NCBI GenBank assembly: GCA_918797485.1
Contig: CAKKNE010000005.1
Location: forward strand, 2,108,001-2,172,000
From: Pelagomonas calceolata
Taxonomy: Eukaryota
Length of the DNA: 64,000 bases
Reading direction: 5' to 3'
Numbering within the stretch: position 1 is the stretch's first letter; each line of letters begins with the position of its first letter. Shown piece after piece: positions 43,918-55,570 of the stretch. The notes under the pieces were generated by a model. It did no database searches. It was not told where the DNA came from and was given only the letters and a program-made list of their open reading frames with translations. Position numbers and translations under genes: made by a program.

Positions 43918-45222
43918 TCATGGCGGGAGCCTCTCGTCGACGAAGGGCGTCCCGCACGAAGTGCAGAAGTCCGCGCCGCAGGCGCGCGCTGCTCCGCACT
44001 GGGTGCAGAACGCTGCGGTCTCGCGACGGGCGAGTTCCACCACAGGTGCTAGCCACGTCGCTCTTTTCGAAAGACGGTAGTAGAACGCGCCGCCGGCGAC
44101 CACCGCCGCCAGGAAAACGACGCCGACGAGAAGGCCGATCGAAGCGCCGTCGAGGACCTCGTCCGAACCGCCGCTGGAACTGCCGCTGGAGCCACCCGCA
44201 GGCGCGCTCGTCGGCCGCAGCGTCGGGGTGCTGGGCGCTGGCGTCGGTGCCGGCGGTAGACCCGCGATGACACTAGGTACTTCGCCGAGGAGGTCCCAGG
44301 AGGACGCGTCGCTCGTCGTATCGTCCGACTGGATCACGAACACGGCGTCGTGGTCAGGGTAGATCGCGACGAACTGCCCATTATAACCGATTGCCAAGTA
44401 TGACGCCTCGTCCCGCGGGAGCCACCAGAGATACCCGTAGCCGGCCCAGCCCGGGTCGCCGCTCGTGGAATCGGTGAACGTGTCGGCGGCCCAGGCCGGC
44501 GTCACGAGGTCGTCGCCGCCCTGGAGCATGAGCTGGCCGAGCTTGAGCATCTGCCTCGCGCACATGTACAGACCGAACGCGCCGTACGACACGCCTTCGC
44601 TGTTCGCGTCCCAGGCCAACTCCGAGGGGTCTACGCCCAGCGCGGGGAAGACGTTCTGCGATGCATAGGCGAGCGGTGTCAGGCCGGTCAACTCATAGAC
44701 CACGTACGACAACAAGTGGTGATTCTGGTAATTGAACCGCCCGGTCTCGGATGCGACAAAAGTACCAAAATTGAGCGCGCCGACGAGGCCGCCCAAGTAG
44801 TGCTCAAACAGCCAGCCGTCCTCCTCGAAGCCGCTCTCCATCTGTAGAATGTCCTCGACGGTGACGAGCTTCTTCGCCGCGGCGTCGGAGACCTGCGTCC
44901 AGTCGACGGCGTCGAAGAGCTCGCCCAGCGTCGACTGCCGCGTGAGGAGGCCGTCCTTCTCCAGCGTGCCAATGATGAGGCTCATCCAAGATTTGGTGAC
45001 GGACCAGAGCGCTGCCGTCGAGGACTCATCGCGGCCGGCTCGATAGTATTCACTGACAAAGCGGCCGCCATGCACCAACGCGTACGATAGGATGTCGCTG
45101 GCGACCGCTGCGTCGAGCCTCGCCTCGGCCTCTGCGTTGGTATCAACGACCCAGTCCTGGGACAGGTCGACCACCGTGGTGCCGACACACGCACAGGCTA
45201 GCCATGCCATTCGCCACAGCAT
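43918..45222 (-). CDS. Beta-lactamase/serine hydrolase family protein, type I membrane, with C-terminal double zinc ribbon
   Basis: WSVTKS (SxxK), FNY, GYGYLWW, AIGYNGQ; TM; FCTQCGA...FCTSCG. Confidence 0.85.
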   Translation of the reverse strand: MLWRMAWLACACVGTTVVDLSQDWVVDTNAEAEARLDAAVASDILSYALVHGGRFVSEYYRAGRDESSTAALWSVTKSWMSLIIGTLEKDGLLTRQSTLGELFDAVDWTQVSDAAAKKLVTVEDILQMESGFEEDGWLFEHYLGGLVGALNFGTFVASETGRFNYQNHHLLSYVVYELTGLTPLAYASQNVFPALGVDPSELAWDANSEGVSYGAFGLYMCARQMLKLGQLMLQGGDDLVTPAWAADTFTDSTSGDPGWAGYGYLWWLPRDEASYLAIGYNGQFVAIYPDHDAVFVIQSDDTTSDASSWDLLGEVPSVIAGLPPAPTPAPSTPTLRPTSAPAGGSSGSSSGGSDEVLDGASIGLLVGVVFLAAVVAGGAFYYRLSKRATWLAPVVELARRETAAFCTQCGAARACGADFCTSCGTPFVDERLPP

Positions 45223-45614
45223 CACTACGGCATTGCTTCATCAAGGGCAGCCTCTGTGCCGCTGGCGCGCCGAGGATGGCGAGTTCGTCCTGGGCGACGT
45301 CAAGACGATTGGCTTCGGCAAGACGCGTTACTGGGGCCGAAGCCCCGCGTCGACGCGCGCCGTGGACGCCCGGGCCACGCAGTGGCGCCGCCTGATGTGC
45401 ACACCGTGTGCCGACCCGACATCATCTCGCCACATTGCGTTGCAGCGGTCGTCGACGCAAGCTAGGACTGGATAGAGACCGAGCGCGCCCGGAAGCATCT
45501 CCCGGCAGCCCAAAGGCCGACGTTGAACAAGCTCTCTGCGCTGCGGGCTCTGATTGCTGAATTGCTGATTGCTGCCCGCGCGGCGCCAACCATTCACAAG
45601 ACGCACCGAGTAGC

Positions 45615-46292
45615 ATGAGGTGCGCTGCTCTATGCCTCGCGCTCCTGGCCGCTCCCGCGGTGGCTCAGTACAGCCACGTCTGCGCGACGCCCGCAAACTA
45701 CCAGGGGAGCGCAATGTACGCTTGTCCTACCTGTAGCAGCGTGACGTGTGATGTAATGATGGCCCAATACACGAGCAGCGGCCAGACCCTGGCGGGTAAG
45801 GACTTTTCGTCCGCCTTCTCGTGCTCGGGCGAAACGCACATGGTCAGGGTCACTGTCGACGATATAGCAAAATATTGCTGCGGCACCGGCGACGCCGCTT
45901 CGCAGCGCAGCGCGTGCTGGGTCGACCACAGCTACCTCTGCGCGGACCCTTCGACCTGGGCGCCGTCCACCGTGTCCGACCAACAAGCTGGGACGACCTG
46001 CATTCAGCTCATGAATTACCTCACCCAAGAACCCGGAGAAGGCTTGGAAGGCGACGACTTTTCGAGCGCCTCAACTGCGAGGGAGTCCTGCACCAAAAGT
46101 CCAGCGCCAGGAAAAGACCCTAGATGGGCGATGGTCCATCACGTTGGGGTCGATTTGAAGTGCTGCTCCTCCGGCGACTCCGTCTGCTCCGACATCTATT
46201 CCGATGTTGTCGACTCCGCCACATTGGGCGGCCGCGTCGCTTCGGCGGTCGGCGCGGTGTCCGTTTTCGCCGTTCTCTTGGGACTGCATTGA
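45615..46292 (+). CDS. Secreted Cys-rich protein with two internal repeats and GPI-like tail
   Basis: Signal peptide; two TC..M..Y/L.....L.G.DFSSA...C...CC..G..S.C units; hydrophobic C-terminus. Confidence 0.75.
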   Translation: MRCAALCLALLAAPAVAQYSHVCATPANYQGSAMYACPTCSSVTCDVMMAQYTSSGQTLAGKDFSSAFSCSGETHMVRVTVDDIAKYCCGTGDAASQRSACWVDHSYLCADPSTWAPSTVSDQQAGTTCIQLMNYLTQEPGEGLEGDDFSSASTARESCTKSPAPGKDPRWAMVHHVGVDLKCCSSGDSVCSDIYSDVVDSATLGGRVASAVGAVSVFAVLLGLH

Positions 46293-46465
46293 AAGGGTCG
46301 TTACCCCCGTGTTTACTCTTCCGCCGTCGTCGAGAAGCAGTCGAAACGTTCGAGAATCAAAGTTTACGGTTCGTAGGACATCACGCACACCTCCGTCGTT
46401 ACCCCCTCCATCCTCGATTACTAGTAATTTATTTATTTATCACAGTAAACTTGAAAATCACCAGT

Positions 46466-46521
46466 TGCCCCGTACCGTATACGGTACGGGGCATGCCCCG
46501 TACCGTATACGGTACGGGGCA
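46466..46521. repeat. 56-bp palindrome made of two tandem 28-bp palindromes, flanked by CAGT direct repeats
   Basis: CAGT-(TGCCCCGTACCGTATACGGTACGGGGCA)x2-CAGT. Confidence 0.92.
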
Positions 46522-46545
46522 CAGTCGACTGCACACACTAACATC

Positions 46546-48789
46546 TTACCCGCGGTACTCCAGCCGGAGGACCTCCTGCTCCCGGTCCTGGCCGAGCGCT
46601 CGCGCTTGCTCGACCACATCCCCTGTAGGAATCATGCCGGAGAGCGTGTAGATGCCCGACGCCCGCTCCAGCTCCGACGGCTCCGACAGGATGGAGTAGG
46701 AGTTCGTCTCATATTTCGGCCGGCCGGTCTTGGAGATTAAGCGAGCCGCGGCGCGCGCCGCCGAACCGTTCATCTTCGCCGCGTCCAGAAACGCCGAGCC
46801 CGCCTGGAGGCGTTTGGAGGGCGACCTTCTCCGGTTAAAGTCGTGCGCCGCGCTGCCCGACCGTAAGGACTTGAGGAGAGCTATCTTCTCGTCGTGGTTC
46901 CTCTTCTTGAGTTTGGCGGCCTTGCGCTTGATCTCGATGGGTCGCTCGACGGAAGGCTGTTTTTTCGGAGACGCGTTATCGTCGTCGTCGGTCCAGGGCA
47001 CGGACTGCTCGTAGCCGTGCATCATCACGATCTTAAACTTCTTGCGCTTCGGTTTTTGGCGCTTAGCTAACCGCTCCTCTTCGCGCTGGCGCGCGTGCTC
47101 GTTCGCGTTGTCGAACGAGCCGCGCGATTCTCTGGTACGACGAGAGGCGAATACTTTCTCGACGGTCGCCTCCTCCTTCTGCTGCGCGAGCGGCTTCCGG
47201 TTCATCTGGCGCCGTTTACTATCGATGGCCTGCGCGGAGCAACTTCCATCATTCCTGGAGACGACGCGCGGGACGCCGCGAGCGCGCCTTCTCGATGTCG
47301 TGGAACCGCATCCGGAAGAACTGCTTCTTGCGGAACTTCATCAATTTCTTCCACCACTTCCTCCCGACAATCTGGCGCCGCATCTTGTTCCGCAGGTCAA
47401 TCAACGGTCTGAGAGCCCTCCTATTATGTTGCGTCCACTTCGTCCAGTCGCGCTCCGTGACTTTCCCGTTCCGCATGATGATATCATCAAAAAAGACCTT
47501 GCACGTCTTGTAGGCCTGCGTCTCCACGTCGAAGATCGACTGCGTCAACAAGTCCACGCCCTCCTGCTGGAGCCACCACTCCTTGGTCACGGGATTCCGG
47601 TCCCCGAAGCACTCGAAGGCAAAACTCACGACGTCGGCGTCGTCCATGGTGCAGAAGTTCCAGATCGCACAAACAAATTCCACGAAGTCGAGCTCGCCAC
47701 TCAAGTCATGATCGAAAATCTTGAAGATCTTCTCGGCGAACGGCGACCGCTCGATGTCGGCCCACCTGCGTGAGTCAAGGTATCTTCGCGTCGACGGCGT
47801 CCTACGATGTGCTCCTCCAGGAATAACGGCGGTGGGTGTTTTTTTATTCGACTTTGAGGCGATTCGGACCCGATTCGGGGTCCCGCGGGGCCCGGAGGGG
47901 CCGCGGCGGAGAACGGCGGCTCGGAGCGGAGGCCGCGCCAGCCGCTCGATCACGCCATCGACGCGGCGCGTTCCTCCGTTCTCGCCGCGTGAGAGCGGTC
48001 AAACTCGAACACGACCTCCGAGCGATACGCCACGACACGCCTCAAATTGAAGGCATTGCCTCACACTGCCCGTCACATGAGGAACTCGAACGAGTCCATG
48101 TAGCCACTGCGATCGGAATCGATCTTCAGGAAGATGTTCAGCAGGCGACACACGTCCGGCTCCTTGAGTCCTAAGTGCGCGAAATCACCCAAGTACGGCG
48201 TGAACTCGCTATAATCGACGTGTTTATATTTCCCAAGTCCAAGGACATATCTGTCATAACATGCGTTGAAACAGCCGCCTTTCCGTTTTACGGGAGCGAG
48301 CGCCTCGAGCAGCTTGGGCTTGGCGGCTTCGCGCGCCAAGCGTTCCGCGTCCCGCGCCAACCGTTCCTTCTCTTTTTGGGCAAATTCCTTCTCCGCCCGG
48401 ATGGTCCTACTGTCCCGACCGCCGCTCCACTGCTTCTTCCTCGCCTTCTTGCCCTCGAAGGTCCGATGCACGGCCTTCTCGGCATCTTCCGCGATGACGT
48501 CTGGTTCTTCCTCAGATTCATGAGTGGCTTCCTCTATCCTCATAATTAATTCTTCCCTACTACCGGACTGCTTCAGGCCCAACGAAGCGCACTTCATTTT
48601 CAATGAGCTGACATCTAAATCCCGCAGCTCCGGCTCGGGCTCGGGCTCCGGCTCTTGAACAGATTCCTCCTCGTCGTCCTCCTCTTCCTCCTCGGGATGG
48701 ATACGTTTATCTTTCCCGATGATATTGTAGTCCTCGGCGACCTGCTCGGCCTCGGTCTTCTCCCTCTGCTTGCCCTTGAAGAGGCCCAT
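46546..48789 (-). CDS. SAP-domain + EF-hand (calcineurin B-like) protein; exons 48789-48077, 47765-47288, 47229-46546
   Basis: LDVSSLKMKCASLGLKQSGSREELIMRI (SAP); DSDRSGYMDSFEF and DHDLSGELDFVEF; two introns restore the frame; N-terminal MG. Confidence 0.75.
47766..48076 (-). mobile_element. Long introner-like intron (311 nt)
   Basis: AT|GTGACGGG-CAGTGTGAGGCAA...CTTGACTCACGCAG|G; inverted ends about 10/13; restores FLM-WADIE. Confidence 0.7.
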
Positions 48790-49213
48790 CCTGCTCGTCG
48801 TCGGCGCTCTCCCGCTGCCCGCGCTGTCTCGCAAGAGCAAGAGGGGCAGCCCCTCACTGGCGCCGCGGCGGCCGGCGTCTGGTGGTCGCCGGCTCCTGTG
48901 GCGGTCCGAAGGGGCTCCTTGCGCTCGTGCTAGGCCTCGCGCCGCGCCACTGGCGTCGTCCCTTGCAGCGCTCTCCGGTGAAGCCTAGTATGTGTCGATA
49001 CGCTAGCTCGATCGACTTGCAAGCTTGGTTGCGCACTAGTACTTGCAGCTCTGCTTTGCGAGCGGGTGGAGCTATTTATGAGACTGCGGTAGTCGTTCGT
49101 TATCTCCTTCATCCCTGCTGCCAGTACTGCGTCCCGCTGCACGATTCCACCTGAGCTAGGAGAGCACTGCTTTGGGTGCAGGCTAACACATCGCTGTGCT
49201 AGCGTCGAGAGCT

Positions 49214-50485
49214 ATGGAGTTCTTCGGCAGCGATAGCGACGACGACGGCATCGACCCGCTCCAAGAGCTCCTGGCGGCATGCATGCGCATCGTGCCGCCC
49301 CTGGCCGGCAGGCGGCCGGCGCTGCGCCTCATGGACCACGCGGGGCGCTTCGCAACGCAGGCGGCCGCGGCGGGTTTTGATGTTGTCGACGGTGACTGCG
49401 ACGTGGTGCTGATCGCCAGCGTGTATGACTTTTCACGCTTACCATGCGGCGTCGTCGCCGCGCTCGGGCAAACCGGTGAGATACCGGGCTGGGAGACTGC
49501 GTGGGCCGGCGACGGGGCCGCGGTCTACCGCAAGCTCCCCGCCGTCGATAGGGTAGGATGCCCGCCGCGGCCGCCCGCTGATATGAATGAGGCCTGTCGA
49601 TGCGCCCGACTTGTGGTAGAGACGCGGCGCGCGGCCGGTCGACTGCCCGCCGAGGCCTACGTGGACCGCGCGGCGCGCATCCTGCGGAAGGAGGGCGTCG
49701 TTATTTTACCTGGTCTTTTGGACGCGGCCGACGCCGACGCCCTGTGCCAGGATGCGTTGGACGACTTTGAAAGGTGCCGCCAGGAACTGGTGAAGAAAGG
49801 GAAGGGCGACCTCGCGGCGGCCCAACAGCAGCACAACTACCGCGAGCTGGCGATGCGCGAGGATCTGAGGTGTGATCTGAGGGGCACTCCATCACTAACC
49901 AGTGAAGAGGGTGTCGAGCGTCGAAACCGCTTGCGCCAAAATGAAGCGATCCGCGAGATCTGTCGGAGGGCGGCGACGGCGCCCCCATCACAACATAGGG
50001 AGGGCAACTACGGGCTGTGGAACTTTGACTTGGGCGGTCCGGGAGCGCCCAAGAAGGCCTTGGATGCAGGAGCCATCGGTTCTGTAATAGCGCTGCCGGG
50101 CTGCGCCGAGCAGGCGCTGCACGCGGACGCGCCTCATATCTATGATGGAGTGCACCTGCCGGGCCACTACTACAACTGTTTTTTGTATGGTGGGGAGGCT
50201 TCGAACGAACCAAAAGCGGGGCAGACGGGCTTCGTCCCCGGAAGTCATTTCTGCGAGGCGTGCGCGGCGCTCGTGAAGGACGCGCCGCGTAACGTCGCTG
50301 CCGGGATCGTGCGGCCGCGGCTGGCGTCGGGCGACGCCCTGATCTTCGACGCGCGCATTTTACATTTTGGCCTGCCGAACCGGTCTTCCAAGAGACGCGC
50401 GATCGTCTACTGCAACCACACGGAGTACTGGTTCCGCGACCCGAAGAACTGGGACGACCGCGTGTCCGTCTTTGATGACTCGTAA
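49214..50485 (+). CDS. Phytanoyl-CoA dioxygenase (PhyH) family 2OG-Fe(II) oxygenase
   Basis: QALHADAPH, GQTGFVPGSH, GDALIFDARILHFGLPN.S..RR. Confidence 0.85.
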   Translation: MEFFGSDSDDDGIDPLQELLAACMRIVPPLAGRRPALRLMDHAGRFATQAAAAGFDVVDGDCDVVLIASVYDFSRLPCGVVAALGQTGEIPGWETAWAGDGAAVYRKLPAVDRVGCPPRPPADMNEACRCARLVVETRRAAGRLPAEAYVDRAARILRKEGVVILPGLLDAADADALCQDALDDFERCRQELVKKGKGDLAAAQQQHNYRELAMREDLRCDLRGTPSLTSEEGVERRNRLRQNEAIREICRRAATAPPSQHREGNYGLWNFDLGGPGAPKKALDAGAIGSVIALPGCAEQALHADAPHIYDGVHLPGHYYNCFLYGGEASNEPKAGQTGFVPGSHFCEACAALVKDAPRNVAAGIVRPRLASGDALIFDARILHFGLPNRSSKRRAIVYCNHTEYWFRDPKNWDDRVSVFDDS

Positions 50486-50724
50486 GGTTGTGTTTTTTGT
50501 GACCTTCTGCTCGGCAGCGTGGCGCGTGTTCGGTGGCGAGCACCCGCTCACATCGACCTATGCCTACCAGTGCGACACAGTACGCCATCGCATCGACGTC
50601 GCCGAGTGAGCCTCAGTGAGGGTACGCCTACGCCACCCGCACGCCATCGACGCGACACCTACTCGAACTTTGGAAAATCCGGACCGTGGGTCACGGTAAT
50701 ACTAGTCATATAAGGTTAGACCCC

Positions 50725-53700
50725 TCACTCCGACGCCTTCGCCTTCGGCACGGCGCACTCGTCCAACAAATGCAAGACCGACCGGAAGTGCACGTCCGAC
50801 TGATTCGACAAGGAGCACTCGCACGTCCGCGACGTAGAATAAGCATCAGTAACCGTGTCGGGCAGATCCAAATGTTGTAGAGCCGCACCCGTTAATTCCG
50901 GTAAACGTAAACCACGATCCCCGGCCATCCCACAACAAGGAACCCCAGAAGGGTGGACCTCGTCCGCGCACTTGCCCACAAGAGCCTGGAACTGCGCCTC
51001 GAGCTTCATCTTCTTGGACGAGCAGGGCACGTGGATGGCCACGGACTCCTTCTTCTTCTCGAAGTCCAGCCTATTACCTAGGAACGTGGCGACAAATTCG
51101 ACGGGCTCGTAAAGGGCAAATTTCAGCAGCGGATCTCTGACATGATCTTTCACGTGCTTGAGGCACGGCGACGTGTCGCACACAATAGGATACTTGCCGT
51201 TCTCTGAGGCTTTCAGGAGCTTTTCCTCGAGTTTGACCATCGCCGCGTCGGACGCGTCGACACACCCGCGCGAGTGGAACATGATGCCGCAGCACTGCTC
51301 CGTGGCTTGTTCCGGATAAATAACTTCGACGCCGGCCTTGTCCATCAAGCTGAGGAATCGTTCCGGGACACTTGCTTGTTCCGGGTCGCTGGGCGCGGCG
51401 CCCATAACACGGGTCACGCAAGAAGGCATATACACCACTTTCCCGGCGAAGTGGCCCTTTTCTACTTGAGGTTGTTCCGGTGCTGGGTTGAGAGGAGGCA
51501 ATGGCTTCGCACCCGCGGGCAAGTAGGGGTTCCAGAGCGGTATCAGGTTCATACCGACCTTATGTAAGGTACCAGCAATCGTTTCGACCGTAGAAGTGCC
51601 CAAGATAGAGTGAGCAGTGGACACCAAATTCAAAACGGGCGGCACGACCTTGTCGAAGTACTGGAAGTGGTCCACGACAGCTAGCGAGACCTTATTGGCC
51701 AAAGGAGAAGCCGTACGTAGCTTCTCCTCCCGGATGGTCTTCACCAACTCCCCGGTGTTGATGGACACGGGGCACTTCTCCTGGCACATGCCGTCGGCCG
51801 CGCACATGTCGAGGCCGGCGTACTCGTATTCCGCGCGCATCGCCGCTAACCTCTCTTTACCGGGCTCGTCGAGCTTGAGCTCGAGATCTAGTCTAGCTAA
51901 CCGGTTGATCTCCCGCCAAGTAGTAATGCGCTGCCTAGGCGTCAAAGCAGCGTCGCGAGACGGGCAGTTCGACTCGCAGAAGCCGCACTCGATGCAGGCA
52001 TCAACGAGATCATGAGCTAGGGGAGACGGCTTCAGGTTCTTCTTGTGGACGTGGGGGTCTTCATTTAACAAGACTCCCGGATTGAGTAAGAAATCCGGAT
52101 CAAATAAGGCCTTGAGGCGCCACATGAGCGCGTAGGCCTTGGCGCCCCACTCCATCTCGACGAAGGCACTGACATTTCTTCCCGTGCCGTGCTCTCCTTT
52201 GAGAGAACCCTTGTACTTCACAGCCACGATCTCGCACATCTCCTGCATCATCTTCGCGAATTGATCGATATCCGACGCGTTCCGGAACCCCTGCGAGAAG
52301 ACGAGGTGCATGTTGCCCTCCATGGCGTGCCCAAAGACCGAGGCATCCCCATACCCGTGGCGCTCGAACATGTCTATGAGGTCGACGGACATGTCCGCGA
52401 GCTTGTCGACCTCGCACGCGACGTCCTCGATGAGCATCGACGTGCCTCTGGTACGTTGGGCGCCTACTTTCGGAATCAAGCCCTTGCGCATGTCCCAGAA
52501 CACTTGCGCTTCTTCCGGTTTGTGTCGGAAGGGGAATCTAGCTAATGAAGAAGGCTCAGGACAAGGGCCGTCGGCACCGGTCACCGGGACACCGCTCTCG
52601 TTCAAGGTAGCAATAGCCTTGGCGATGCGCTCGTCCAAGATTTGCTGGGAAGCCCCTCTGCATTCAACAAGTAACCCAGCACAGGGCTTATCACACCCAG
52701 TAAGGCCCGGTACCAAGTTAACCATCTTTTCGTCCTTCTCCGCTTCATGTAATGCAGCTCTATCGAACACTTCGATAGCGTCACACGCCCCGGACTTCTT
52801 CAGAGCCGCCGTAGCGCGCCCAGCCTCGTGGAACGACGGGTACAGGATGAACGTCGACGCCTTGTAGGGGTAGTCTTCGACGGTATTGTACGTAGCCCGC
52901 GACACGAAACCAAAGGTACCCTCGCTTCCGACCATGAGCTTCTTGATCATCTCCACGGGCTCGTCCGGGGAGATATCTACCAGAGCGTTAATCGCATAGC
53001 CCGTCGTGCACTTGATCGAGAACTTGCGATTGATCAAGGCCGTGAGTTCCTCATCGGCTTGCACTTCTCTAGCTAGCGCCGAGACGCCTTCACACAATGA
53101 TTTCCCGAAAGGCGACTCGTGCTGGAAGACTCTTCTAGACTCAGGATCGGACGTGTCCAACACAGTAGCGTCGGCATCCCCAAACACAACCCTCAGATCC
53201 TTCAGCGTATGGTACGTGTTCTGGGCCACGCCGCAGCACATGCCCGACGAGTTGTTGTTGACGATGCCGCCTGCGTGCGTTGTGTGTGAGACGTTGATCG
53301 CGGCGAGTCGCGTCTCGAGGCGACACCATACGCAACGTGTGATGCGGCGACGGCGTCGCGTGGCGCCTCTATGCGAGCCCGACGGCGCCGTCGACGCGAC
53401 GCCAGAAGTCAAGGACGCCGCGACGCACCGATCATGCACGAATCGATAGAAGCGGGGTCGGGGCCCAACCGATACGTCGTGTCCTTCTCGTGGCGCTTCG
53501 CGTAGGATCCTAATAAACGATTGACCTCGCCGCCGATGAGGCCGGGTTCGACGGTGATCGTTTTCCCTTCGTCGCCGATGGCGTGCCTCCGCCAGTTCTT
53601 GCCCGTATGCGACAACTTGAGTAGGATAGAGTCCGTGACGGCCTGGCCGGACAGCGACGTGCCCGCGGCGCGGAACGTGACCGGCGTGCGGTGTTTTCTC

Positions 53701-54113
53701 GCGAGTTTGAGCAGAGACTGGATCTCGCGTTCCGTTTCGACCTTGAGGACCATCTTCGGGATCAACCGGTAGAAGGACGCGTCCGTGCCGTAGGCGAAGG
53801 TGCGCACGGGGTCCGTGAAGACGTTCTCGGGTTTCACGGCGCCGCTCAGCGTGGCTTCTTCCCGGAACGCGGCGTAGCGGCCGTCCTCCAGTCGTTCGCC
53901 GTCGACATTCCTGAATTCCGTCGGAACGGGCTGGGGCTCGCCATAGATGCTGCCTCTCACATTCTCTACTAATGGAGCCCTACCGGTGCTCGCCGCGGGC
54001 ATGCGCTTGACGGCCGTCGACTTGGCCCGCTGCGATTGCGTGGCGCAGGGCGCGCAGGCCTCGCGCGGCTTCGGCGCGGCCGCCAGAGACCGGCGCAGCG
54101 CGGCGACGCGCAT
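50725..54113 (-). CDS. FAD + Fe-S D-lactate dehydrogenase (bacterial Dld-II-like); exons 54113-53429, 53270-50725
   Basis: FRAAGTSLSGQA, GPDPAS...IGGIVNNNSSGMCCG, GSEGT, SLKGEHGTGRN, CIECGFCE..CPS, CCG motifs; mitochondrial-like presequence. Confidence 0.88.
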
Positions 54114-54646
54114 GATTTTGGTTGCTTGTCTGGCTTGGCTCTCCGGTGCTAGAAACGCGCTGACAGCTGTTGCACGCTCGCAGTTTCGAGTACGAACAGT
54201 GTCAGAGAACACCCGAAGCCCACGCCGATGCGATGCGCGAGCAGTGGAGCGGGGAGCCTACCGATTTGCAGCTCTTCGTCAGGCTACGCCAAGTGGCCGC
54301 ACAAAGAGCTGAGAAGCCGTCCTACGGAGCCGTCCCGCCGTTCAAAACACTGCTCTGGACGCCCTGTCAAGCGGGGAGGACGTTTGGCTTTGATGCTAGT
54401 ATCTTACAGCACGCTAGCCCTCGACAATCGCGGTCGCCGTCGCGCCTCGTGCTGTGGCTAACTACGGCCGCAACCGACGTGCTGCTGCGTGCGAAACGCA
54501 GTCGACGGGCCGCTCTCGCACAATCCAAATACGCGGCCGCTGGCGTACCCTGCCGCCAGCTTAGCCCAGTTTAGCAAGCGGGCGCGCGGCGACACAGCGC
54601 AGCGCGCGGCCGGCCAGCGCAAAAGCGCGCGGCCGCCGCGAGCGCC

Positions 54647-55180
54647 ATGGCCATGGCCAAGAGCTCGAAGATGCTCACGTACATCAATTACCGCATGAGG
54701 GTGACCATCGCCGACGGTAGAACGTTGGTCGGCACGTTCCTGGCCTTCGACAAGCACATGAATTTGGTGTTGGCGGACACGGAGGAGTACCGCAAGGTGA
54801 AGACGAAGAAGGGCGGCGGCGTGGGCATGAGCGAGGAGCGCGAGGAGAAGCGGACGCTGGGGCTCGTGCTGCTGCGGGGCGAGCTCGTCGTGTCGCTGAG
54901 CGTCGACGGGCCGCCGCCGCCGGAAGACGATCTGCGGACCGTGCTCGGCGGGCCGGGGCTGGGACGGGCCGCGGGCCGCGGCCTGCCGACGGCGCCGCTG
55001 GGCGCGCCGCCGCTGGGACTGGGCGGCCCGGTGCGCGGCGTCGGCGGGCCGGGGTCCGGCGTCATGCAGGCGCCGCCCCAGGCCTTCGGCCGCGGCGCGC
55101 CCGTGCCGCCGCCGGGGATGCCTGGCTTCCCGCCGCCGCCGCCGCCGCCGCCGGGGGGGTTCCCGCCGCGGGGCTACTGA
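54647..55180 (+). CDS. SNRPB: Small nuclear ribonucleoprotein SmB
   Basis: [38 protein letters not shown]...[14 protein letters not shown]; Pro/Gly tail. Confidence 0.95.
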   Translation: MAMAKSSKMLTYINYRMRVTIADGRTLVGTFLAFDKHMNLVLADTEEYRKVKTKKGGGVGMSEEREEKRTLGLVLLRGELVVSLSVDGPPPPEDDLRTVLGGPGLGRAAGRGLPTAPLGAPPLGLGGPVRGVGGPGSGVMQAPPQAFGRGAPVPPPGMPGFPPPPPPPPGGFPPRGY

Positions 55181-55570
55181 GCGGGGTCCCCGTAAAAAGT
55201 TTCGAGACGTAGTATGTTGGGAACAGAAAGTTTACGGAAATGGCGTACGGTCTCAGCCCCCGCGTCGGCTCCGAGTCCGCGGCTAGAAGTGCCGCTTCAA
55301 GTAAACAGGTAAGGGCAAACCAAACTGTGGCGGAGCCCTGGGAGCCGTGCCTACAGGGCAGCAAACTCCGCCTACTGCGGTGAAAAGCTAGTGTGTCACG
55401 CTAACTTTTAGGTGCAGCAATATAGTGCCGGCAAAAGTCGAGGTGTTGGCCGTGTCAAACAAGCCAGACGGAGGCGAAGGGGTTGCACGGGTAGCTGGGC
55501 ACCGGCAGCGGCACGCCTGCGAAATCGGAGGCGGAACGGCTGAGGCCCGAATTAGATTTGAGGCAAAAGA

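Noticed and set aside
48073..48075. In-frame TGA within the EF-hand gene as possible selenocysteine
   Set aside because: Explained by the intron donor at 48076 (AT|GTGA); splicing restores the frame.
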